The position numbers and the translations under genes were made by a program. A stretch of DNA of 64,000 bases from an uncultured Rickettsiales bacterium (GTDB taxonomy: Bacteria > Pseudomonadota > Alphaproteobacteria > Rickettsiales > UBA1997), in the NCBI GenBank assembly GCA_944392135.1, contig CALXVQ010000003.1:8075-72074 (forward strand). Direction: 5' to 3'. Every line of letters begins with the position of its first letter. Positions within the stretch are counted from its first letter, which is position 1. Positions 16,190 to 23,978 of this stretch are shown here, piece by piece. The notes beneath the pieces are model-generated. The model was not told the origin of the DNA. It saw nothing but the letters and a program-made list of their open reading frames with translations, and did not search any database.

Positions 16190-16407
16190 TTATCATTGTC
16201 TTCGTTATGATCTTCCATATTATTTAAAATATCTTCATAATCTTCTGGTGTGAATTTTGTATCAAATTCGTCAACTAGTTCAGGCAAACTATCATGAAAT
16301 AGTTTATCATTTGATTATGTATCATTAATATCTTCTGGTAATGAATCTATTATATTATCATTGGTTAAAATATTATTATCTTTTTCTAAATCTTTTTTAT
16401 TTTCCAT
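16183..16407 (-). pseudogene. Second acidic small ORF, interrupted by an in-frame TAA (16315-16317)
   Basis: Hand translation gives MENKKDLEKDNNILTNDNIIDSLPEDINDT*SNDKLFHDSLPELVDEFDTKFTPEDYEDILNNMEDHNEDNDKL*. As with the 87-aa ORF, it ends ...KL on the TAG inside psiR3. Confidence 0.3.
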
Positions 16408-16535
16408 ATTTTTATGTGTTAATTTATATATTTATATTGTAAATATTTATTTATTATTTGTCTAGTTTTTTTTATTAAAATAAGAAATTTATGATATGTT
16501 TATCATTAATAAATGTAATTATAATTATTTAAATA

Positions 16536-17051
16536 TTAATTATCCATTTTAATAATATCAAAATCAAAATATTCTTCATTGGTTTCAGCATATTTGGTGT
16601 AAGAACAACAATTCATTTCTTTTTGTAATTCTTCTGGAAATATAAATCTTGCAAAGCCATTTTCATAATGTTCTTTTGCCTTTTGTAGTGTTTTATAATG
16701 GCAATGTGTAAATATATTTTGTATAAATAATTCTTTGTCTTGTTTAATAATTAAGTCAACTTCGTGTTTTAAAAAAATAGTTGATGTAAGGCCTTCGAAT
16801 ATATTGCTTTTTTTATTGAAATAAAATTCTATTTGAAAGGCAAAATTATATTTATTGTAAATAAAAATAAATCTATATTTATTATATTGTTTTATATTCT
16901 GTTTTTCTATTTTTTTTAAAGAATTTATAATATCTTTTAAAAAGGAATAATACTTTTCTGTATTAGTACTTATTTTTGTAGTGAATCTTTGTAATGAATG
17001 ACTAATATCATAAATTAAAAAACTATTATATTTTAAAATTAAATGTCTCAT
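16536..17051 (-). CDS. Hypothetical protein (171 aa)
   Basis: Tracked ORF on the same strand as the array and the psiR cassettes. No motif recognised. Confidence 0.45.
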   Translation of the reverse strand: MRHLILKYNSFLIYDISHSLQRFTTKISTNTEKYYSFLKDIINSLKKIEKQNIKQYNKYRFIFIYNKYNFAFQIEFYFNKKSNIFEGLTSTIFLKHEVDLIIKQDKELFIQNIFTHCHYKTLQKAKEHYENGFARFIFPEELQKEMNCCSYTKYAETNEEYFDFDIIKMDN

Positions 17052-17359
17052 TATGTAAAAAATTATTTATAATAGTATATATTACAATATTGTTTTTTAA
17101 AAAAGCAGGCTTTTATATTTATGAGTAATTATTGAAATAAAAATAATACAATTAATATAAAACTTGATTATATTAAATAAGAAAATTTATAATTATTATT
17201 AATTTATTAGCTAATTTGTACCACCACCGCCTGTCATATTTAAAAATTCTAGAATTTTTATAGCATTTTCAGCTAGTAATGTGACAAATAGTGAAAATGT
17301 ATTTATAAAAAAATTAGCAATTTCTTTTATTGTTTCTACCATAATATGTTATATTATAA

Positions 17360-18460
17360 TTAAACATTAAATCTAAAATGAAAAATATCTCCATCTTGTG
17401 CTATATAATCTTTTCCTTCTATTCTTAATTTTCCGGCATTTTTGCAACCTTCTTCACCATTATATTTAATGTAATCATCATAAGCTATTGTTTCGGCTCT
17501 AATAAAACCTCTTTCAAAATCTGTATGTATTACACCAGCACATTGTGGAGCAAAACTTCCCTTTTTAACAGTCCAAGCTTTTGTCTCCATTTCACCTGCT
17601 GTAAAAAAAGTAAGTAAACCTAAATAATTGTAGGCTATTTTTATAATTTTGTCAAGTCCTGTTTCATTAAGTCCTAATGCTTCTAAAAATTCTTTTTTTT
17701 CTTCTGGACTTTCTAAAACAGCAATTTCAGATTCTACTTTTGCAGAAATGATTGTGGCAGTACTGCCTTTTTGTTTTGCATATTCTTCAACTTTTTTAGT
17801 CCAATCATTTCCAGTTAAAATGTCATTTTCATTAACATTACATACAAAAAATTCAGGCTTTGAAGTTAATAATTGCAACATTTTATAATGTTTTTCTTCA
17901 TCTTTTGTAGGTTTATATTCTCTTGCAGGCTTTCCTTCTTGTAATAAAGGTAAAATCTTTTTAATTAATTCTACTTGTTCCTTTAAATCTTTATCGCCAC
18001 CTTTTGCTTTTTTTTCTAAATTAGGTAATCTTTTTTCAAGGCTTTCTAAATCTGCTAAAACTAATTCTGTTTCAATTAATTCTAAGTCTCTAATTGGGTC
18101 AATAGTATTTTCAACATGTGTGATATTTGCATCTTCAAAACATCTAACAACATTCACAATACAATCAACTTCTCTAATGTGTGATAAAAATTGATTTCCT
18201 AAACCTTCACCTTTGCTAGCACCTCTAACAAGTCCTGCAATATCACAAAATTCAATTTGTGTTGGTACAATCTGTTTAGAATTAGCAATCTTTGCTAATT
18301 TTTCTAATCTTTCATCATTTACACAAACTCTACCTATATTAGGTTCAATAGTACAAAATGGGTAATTTTGAGCTTCTGCTTTTGCTGTTTGAGTCAAAGC
18401 ATTAAATAAAGTTGATTTTCCAACATTAGGTAAACCTACAATTCCACAAGTTAAAGACAT
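17360..18460 (-). CDS. ychF: Ribosome-binding ATPase YchF
   Basis: 366 aa with GIVGLPNVGKSTLFNALT, DIAGLVRGASKGEGLGNQFL and the C-terminal TGS-like FRFNV. Confidence 0.95.
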   Translation of the reverse strand: MSLTCGIVGLPNVGKSTLFNALTQTAKAEAQNYPFCTIEPNIGRVCVNDERLEKLAKIANSKQIVPTQIEFCDIAGLVRGASKGEGLGNQFLSHIREVDCIVNVVRCFEDANITHVENTIDPIRDLELIETELVLADLESLEKRLPNLEKKAKGGDKDLKEQVELIKKILPLLQEGKPAREYKPTKDEEKHYKMLQLLTSKPEFFVCNVNENDILTGNDWTKKVEEYAKQKGSTATIISAKVESEIAVLESPEEKKEFLEALGLNETGLDKIIKIAYNYLGLLTFFTAGEMETKAWTVKKGSFAPQCAGVIHTDFERGFIRAETIAYDDYIKYNGEEGCKNAGKLRIEGKDYIAQDGDIFHFRFNV

Positions 18461-18532
18461 ATTTCTACTTAATTTAATAATTAATAGAAATATATTTTTT
18501 AAAAAATAATTTTCAATGCAAAAATAAAATAT

Positions 18533-19126
18533 TTATATTTCAGCCAAAATAATTTCTTTTACATTTCCACTATTAATAGAATTCATGGTAATTTCCATTA
18601 TATCATTTTCAAACCTAACTGGTACATCAAACTCAAAACTAGCTTTAATAGTACTATCTATTTCTGGTGCGGTATTTAAAGTAATTAAACCAGTAGTTAA
18701 ATCAATATTAAAATCTTTACTTTCTATATCATTAATAAAAACTCTTACTGTTGATATAACGGGTTTTGTGATTTTTCTATAATAAACAATATTATCACTA
18801 ACTCTATAAGCTTTTATTAATTGAAATTCTTTTGTTTCTCCATTCCCTACACCTATATATTGATTTTCTGCTTGATAATCTGTAAAATCTTTAAATCTAA
18901 AACCATAACCAGCACCTTTGACATTTCTAAAAAATGTTATTAATTCGTCTAGTTCAGTTTTTGTTTTAATACCATTAATGATATTAAATTTCATTTTATT
19001 AGAATTCCAATTAATATTTCTTTGTTCATAACCATTTTTAGCTTTTATAATTGTTGTATTGAATTCTAAAATTGAAGAAGAATTAAAGGCAATAGATTCT
19101 GGAAATCTTATTTCTAAAAAAGACAT
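18533..19126 (-). CDS. TIGR02217/DUF2460-like protein (gene-transfer-agent/phage tail-associated family)
   Basis: MSFLEIRFPESIAF...GYEQRNINW...FFRNVKGAGYGFRFKDFTDY follows, from memory, the F.EVRFP...G.E.RN..W...FF..RRG...GFR..D..D pattern of the alphaproteobacterial GTA g12-like family. Confidence 0.65.
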   Translation of the reverse strand: MSFLEIRFPESIAFNSSSILEFNTTIIKAKNGYEQRNINWNSNKMKFNIINGIKTKTELDELITFFRNVKGAGYGFRFKDFTDYQAENQYIGVGNGETKEFQLIKAYRVSDNIVYYRKITKPVISTVRVFINDIESKDFNIDLTTGLITLNTAPEIDSTIKASFEFDVPVRFENDIMEITMNSINSGNVKEIILAEI

Positions 19127-19162
19127 AAAAAAATGATATTATTTAAATAATATCATTTTTTA
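19127..19162 (-). terminator. AT-rich perfect palindrome/terminator after the TPR gene
   Basis: AAAAAATGATATTATTT/AAATAATATCATTTTTT is a 17-bp perfect palindrome flanked by A/T runs. Confidence 0.45.
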
Positions 19163-19187
19163 TTTTATTTATTTATAAGGAAGTATA

Positions 19188-20324
19188 TTAATTTTTCTCA
19201 CTCATAATTAAATTTAATTGTTTTTTATATAATTCTAAACTTTCATTACTAACAATAACCGGTTGTGCTTTATTGATTTTTTCTAGATCGCTAATAGCAC
19301 TCTTATCGCCTAATGCAATTTTAGCCATTGCTCTCAAAAAGTAGCTTTTATATTTAATCAAAGCTAAACTTCCAACATTATTATTAGGCATTTTTTCAAT
19401 TAAATCTAATGCTTTTGTAGAATTATCCAATATTGTTCTAGCTTTTTCTTTCATTGGTTTGCTAGAATCTTTATAAAGTGCAGAAGATAAACCATAATAA
19501 GCATCATAATTTGCAGGGTCTTGTTTAATTAATTCACTATAACAAGCTATTGATTTATCATAAAAGTTTGTTTCTTTAAATACTAAACATAAACTTAATT
19601 TTAAATCAATATTATTAGGATATTGTTTTAAAAGCATTTCAATATTTCCTTTTGCTTTGTCGTATTTTCTATTTAAAATATCGCTTTTTAAGAAAGGTAA
19701 ATATTCACTAAAAAAGATATTTGTTTCTATTTGTTTTGTAATATTTCCTTTTTCATAACCTACTATAACTAAAACTGGATCATTTCCTTGATATTGGCCT
19801 AAATTCCAGTAATAAATTTTAATAGATTCACCATTTTTAATATCTTTTTCCATTAAATCACCTAGTGCTCTTTGAGTAATTATATAAAATGTTTTGCCTT
19901 TTGAAGAGAATAAATAAGATCTATATAATGCTTCAAAATTTCCATCAGCTAAAATACCTTGTGCTGTATTTTCACTTAAATCATCAGTTTGTGTATTTGC
20001 TAATTTAAACCAAGTTAATAAAAATATTTTATTAAATGTATCTACACCCTTTTTACTGTTTCTAAATTGAACAAAAGATACATATTTCTCAGGTGGATTT
20101 AAATAAACTGCAGTTGTATTTCCAGTAATATCAACAATTTTATCATTATATGTGCCAGATACTAAATTTGTAACATCTGCATTATATGAACTAATAAAAT
20201 CATTAAAATCAACATATGTATATTCAGGACTTTTTGAATCTCTGGTTGAAAATGTCATTTTAGCATAAGCTACATTAATACATAATAAACATATTGAAAA
20301 ATAAGAAATAAATTTAGTTTTCAT
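19188..20324 (-). CDS. Secreted TPR-repeat protein
   Basis: Has an N-terminal signal peptide (MKTKFISYFSICLLCINVAYA). The C-terminal half contains TPR-like A..YY.L..A.Y repeats. Confidence 0.55.
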   Translation of the reverse strand: MKTKFISYFSICLLCINVAYAKMTFSTRDSKSPEYTYVDFNDFISSYNADVTNLVSGTYNDKIVDITGNTTAVYLNPPEKYVSFVQFRNSKKGVDTFNKIFLLTWFKLANTQTDDLSENTAQGILADGNFEALYRSYLFSSKGKTFYIITQRALGDLMEKDIKNGESIKIYYWNLGQYQGNDPVLVIVGYEKGNITKQIETNIFFSEYLPFLKSDILNRKYDKAKGNIEMLLKQYPNNIDLKLSLCLVFKETNFYDKSIACYSELIKQDPANYDAYYGLSSALYKDSSKPMKEKARTILDNSTKALDLIEKMPNNNVGSLALIKYKSYFLRAMAKIALGDKSAISDLEKINKAQPVIVSNESLELYKKQLNLIMSEKN

Positions 20325-20418
20325 AATATAAATATTTTTATTTTACTCTACTATTAATAAACATTTTTTTATTAAATTCAAGCTAAAATTTATAAATAAT
20401 ATTATTAAAAAATATCTA

Positions 20419-20447
20419 TTGACTTATTTTTTCTTACAATATAAAAT
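20419..20447 (+). promoter_or_regulatory. Putative sigma-70 promoter of atpE-F-A-G
   Basis: TTGACT-N17-TAAAAT, about 30 nt upstream of the atpE ATG. Confidence 0.45.
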
Positions 20448-20477
20448 GCAAATAAATTTAATAACCAATAAAAAAAT

Positions 20478-20750
20478 ATGGATAGTTTAACAATTGTAGC
20501 ATCAATTTCAATTTTTTCAGCTGCATTTTCAATGGGTATGGGTTCTCTTGGTTCTTCATTTGGTGAAGCAAGTATTGCTAGAGAAGCCGTACATTCTATT
20601 ACTCAACAACCAGATGAAGCTGGCAATATTACAAAACTTTTATTTATGAGTATGGCTATGGTTGAATCAACAGCTATTTATTGTCTTGTTATTTCTATGA
20701 TTCTTTTATTTGCTAATCCATTCTGGAATACTTTATTAGAAAGATTATAA
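20478..20750 (+). CDS. atpE: F/N-type ATP synthase subunit c
   Basis: 90-aa helical hairpin with a QQPDEAG loop. Helix 2 is MAMVESTAIYCLVISMILLFANPF, which contains an ESTxxY signature. Confidence 0.85.
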   Translation: MDSLTIVASISIFSAAFSMGMGSLGSSFGEASIAREAVHSITQQPDEAGNITKLLFMSMAMVESTAIYCLVISMILLFANPFWNTLLERL

Positions 20751-20766
20751 TTTTTTAGGTAAAATT

Positions 20767-21513
20767 ATGGAATTATATACAATAATTGTCCAATTCGTAA
20801 ATTTTGGTATTTTAATATTTCTCTTAAATAAATTTTTATACAAACCTGTATTACAAACTATGGAAAAAAGAAGAGAAGATATTAAAAATAAAATTGAAGA
20901 AACCGAAAGTAAACTTGAAGAAAGTGAAAAACTCAAAGAAGAATATTTTAAGAAACTACAAGAAGTTGAAAAAGAAAATATTGTTCTTAGAAAAAAAGCT
21001 ATTGCTGATATTAAAAAATTTAAAGAAGAAGAATTGCAAAAAGCAAAAGATGATATTTCAGCAAAAAAAGATAAATTTAATGACTATTTAGATTTAGAAC
21101 AAAAAAATCTTATAGAAAATTTTAATACAGATTTATCAGACTTATTTGTTGAATATTCTAATAATATTCTTCAAGTTCTCGCTAATTCAACTCTTCAAGA
21201 TGAAATAGTAAATAATTTTGTTGAAAAAGTAAATGAATTGACTACTGATAAAGTTGATTCTGTAAATAAATTAAATCTTGATAATATACACATATATTCT
21301 AATGATGAATTAACCACAAAACAAAGAAATTTTATTAAAGATTCTCTCATTGAAAAAGGTTTTAAATTTAAAGATATTCAATGTGATATTGATAAAGATT
21401 TAATTTTAGGAATTGAATTAAAAGCAAAAAGTTATATTTTGTCTTGGAATGTAAAAGAATTAACAACAAACTTTATATCTAATATAGATAATAAAATCAA
21501 TGATAAAAAGTAG
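20767..21513 (+). CDS. atpF: ATP synthase subunit b, unusually long (248 aa; possible b-delta fusion)
   Basis: An N-terminal TM helix is followed by a charged coiled coil, as is typical of subunit b. An extra ~90-aa C-terminal domain is present and no separate delta gene precedes atpA. Confidence 0.7.
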   Translation: MELYTIIVQFVNFGILIFLLNKFLYKPVLQTMEKRREDIKNKIEETESKLEESEKLKEEYFKKLQEVEKENIVLRKKAIADIKKFKEEELQKAKDDISAKKDKFNDYLDLEQKNLIENFNTDLSDLFVEYSNNILQVLANSTLQDEIVNNFVEKVNELTTDKVDSVNKLNLDNIHIYSNDELTTKQRNFIKDSLIEKGFKFKDIQCDIDKDLILGIELKAKSYILSWNVKELTTNFISNIDNKINDKK

Positions 21514-21521
21514 GTTATTAT

Positions 21522-23042
21522 ATGGAAAAGAAAAATTTATCTATCAACTTTAAAGAAAAAATTCTTAGTAATTTAGGTGAAATTAATTCACAACTAGTTG
21601 AGAAAGAAGCTGGTATAGTTCACAGTGTTGAAGATTCTATTATTAAAGTAGAAGGACTCACAAAAGTAGGTTTTGACGAAGCTGTAATAATAAATGATAA
21701 GTACATTGGCTTTGTAGCTGGTATGGAAGATAATATTATTAAGGTTGTTTTGTTAGACAAAACAACTGATATTAAAGTTGGAGATGAAGTTAAAAGAACC
21801 AATAATTACTTACAAATACCAGTTGGTAGAGAATTAATAGGAAGAGTTGTTGATGGACTTGGTAGACCATTAGATAATAAAGGGCAAATAAAAACAAAAG
21901 ATTTTTTACCAGCTGAAAGACCATCAAAAAGTGTGTTAGATAGAAAAACGGTTGACACACCACTTGAAACAGGCATTAAAATTGTTGATTGTTTAATTCC
22001 TATTGGAAGGGGGCAAAGAGAATTAATACTCGGTGATAGACAAACGGGTAAAACATCAATAGCCATTGACACAATTTTGCATCAAAAAGGAAAAGATGTT
22101 ATTTGTATTTATTGTGCTATTGGACAAAGAGATTCTGCTGTTATGAATGTTATTCATACATTGCAAGTTAATGAAGTAATGGATTATACAATAGTTGTTA
22201 ATGCTAATGCAACAAGTATGCCTGGTATGCAATATATTGCTCCATATTCTGCAACTTCGATGGCTGAATATTTTTGTGAAAAAGGTGAATCCGTTTTAAT
22301 AGTTTATGATGATTTATCCAAACATGCAAAAGCTTATAGAGAAATTTCACTTTTATTAGAAAAATCACCTGGTAGAGAAGCTTACCCTGGTGATGTATTC
22401 TATTTACATTCTAGATTATTAGAAAGAAGTGCAAACTTAAAAGATGAATTGGGTGGTGGCAATATTACAAGCTTGCCTATTATTGAAACAGAAGGTGAAA
22501 ACATTTCTGCATATATACCAACCAATGTTATTTCTATTACAGATGGACAATTATATTTATCACCTGTAAATTTTCAAAAAGGTTTATTACCTGCAATTGA
22601 TGCTGGAAAATCAGTATCAAGGGTTGGTGGCAAAGCTCAATTAAAAGCATTCAAACAAGTTGCTGGAAAAATTGGTATTGAATACTCGCAATTTGAAGAA
22701 TTAGAAATGTTTTCAAGATTTGCTACTAAATTAGATGAAGAAACACAAAGAACAATAGACAAAGGAAAATTAATTAGAGAAATCTTAAAACAACCTAAAT
22801 CTCAAACAGTATCCACAGAAGGACAAGTTGCTTTATTTATATGTATTAATAATGGTATATTTGATGGTATAGAATTGAATAAAATTCAAGAAGTAGAAGA
22901 TGAAGTTGTAGCTTTAATGGAAGAAGATTGTATTGATATGGTAAAAACTATAAGATCTAATGAAAAATTATCAGAAGATCAAATAAATAATTTTATAACA
23001 AAAGCTACTGAAACAGTTAAAAAATATAAGAATGTTGAATAA
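21522..23042 (+). CDS. atpA: ATP synthase subunit alpha
   Basis: Walker A GDRQTGKTSIAIDTI, plus the alpha signature DDLSKHAKAYREISLLL. Confidence 0.95.
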   Translation: MEKKNLSINFKEKILSNLGEINSQLVEKEAGIVHSVEDSIIKVEGLTKVGFDEAVIINDKYIGFVAGMEDNIIKVVLLDKTTDIKVGDEVKRTNNYLQIPVGRELIGRVVDGLGRPLDNKGQIKTKDFLPAERPSKSVLDRKTVDTPLETGIKIVDCLIPIGRGQRELILGDRQTGKTSIAIDTILHQKGKDVICIYCAIGQRDSAVMNVIHTLQVNEVMDYTIVVNANATSMPGMQYIAPYSATSMAEYFCEKGESVLIVYDDLSKHAKAYREISLLLEKSPGREAYPGDVFYLHSRLLERSANLKDELGGGNITSLPIIETEGENISAYIPTNVISITDGQLYLSPVNFQKGLLPAIDAGKSVSRVGGKAQLKAFKQVAGKIGIEYSQFEELEMFSRFATKLDEETQRTIDKGKLIREILKQPKSQTVSTEGQVALFICINNGIFDGIELNKIQEVEDEVVALMEEDCIDMVKTIRSNEKLSEDQINNFITKATETVKKYKNVE

Positions 23043-23047
23043 TAGCT

Positions 23048-23944
23048 ATGGAAACATTAGATAATTTAAAAAAGACATTAGACACATCAAAAAGTATTAA
23101 ACAAGTTGTTAGTACTATGAAGGCTTTGTCTGGTGCAAATATTAAAAAATATGAAAAAATAGTTAAAATACTTTACACATATAAAAGTAATGTAGAATTA
23201 GCTTTGCAGGCTGTCATGATGCATAATGATAAAATTAATATAAATGAATTAGAATTTATAGGACAATCTAAAAATAAAAAAGCAAATAATTTAGTTGTAA
23301 TTTTTGGTTCTAATCAAGGTTTATGTGGAAGATTTAATGATAAAATTGCTAATTTTCTTATAGATGACATTGAAAATATTGATAATAATAAAGTTATTGT
23401 AGTTGGTGAAAGATTAAGTATGTTATTAAGTAATACAAAATTAAAAATTTTTAAAACAATACCAGTACCAAACTCTATTGAAAATATTTCCAATACAATT
23501 TATGAACTATTATCTATTATAGAAGAAGAAATTGAGAACAAAACAATAAATAAAGTATTTTTATATTATACAGCTAATGATGATACCATGAATGGTACTC
23601 TTACAAAAAATAGACTTATACCAATAGATAAAAAAATATTAGAAAATGCACAAAAAAAAGTATGGCCTACAAATAATATTCCTTATTGGCAAGTTGATAC
23701 AAAAACATTGATTGTTGACTTATTAAAACAATATATATTTGTTGGCTTAAATGATGCATTAGTAAATTCAATAGCAAGTGAACAAAAAAATAGATTGTTA
23801 ACTTTACAAAATGCTGAAAACAATATTAATGATTTAATTAGAACCAAAAATTTAGAATATAACCAAAAACGACAGAGTACAATTACCAATGAATTGTTAG
23901 ATGTTGTTACAGGTTATTCTGTGTCTAAAAAAAAGAAGAAATAA
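23048..23944 (+). CDS. atpG: ATP synthase subunit gamma
   Basis: 298 aa. The N-terminus is IKQVVSTMKALSGANIKK and the C-terminus is QKRQSTITNELLDVVTG (the gamma signature). Confidence 0.9.
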   Translation: METLDNLKKTLDTSKSIKQVVSTMKALSGANIKKYEKIVKILYTYKSNVELALQAVMMHNDKININELEFIGQSKNKKANNLVVIFGSNQGLCGRFNDKIANFLIDDIENIDNNKVIVVGERLSMLLSNTKLKIFKTIPVPNSIENISNTIYELLSIIEEEIENKTINKVFLYYTANDDTMNGTLTKNRLIPIDKKILENAQKKVWPTNNIPYWQVDTKTLIVDLLKQYIFVGLNDALVNSIASEQKNRLLTLQNAENNINDLIRTKNLEYNQKRQSTITNELLDVVTGYSVSKKKKK

Positions 23945-23978
23945 TTTTATAGCATTTAATAATAGTAAATTATTAATG

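Noticed and set aside
17211-17342. A 43-codon minus-strand ORF (MVETIKEIANFFINTFSLFVTLLAENAIKILEFLNMTGGGGTN) between ychF and the 171-aa orphan.
   Set aside because: It is too short, has no recognisable ribosome-binding site or homology, and cannot be supported from sequence alone.
20894-21091. ORF 20894..21091 (Lys-rich, plus strand) and 20745..20936 (minus strand), overlapping atpF.
   Set aside because: These are alternate-frame or antisense readings of the charged coiled-coil region of subunit b.
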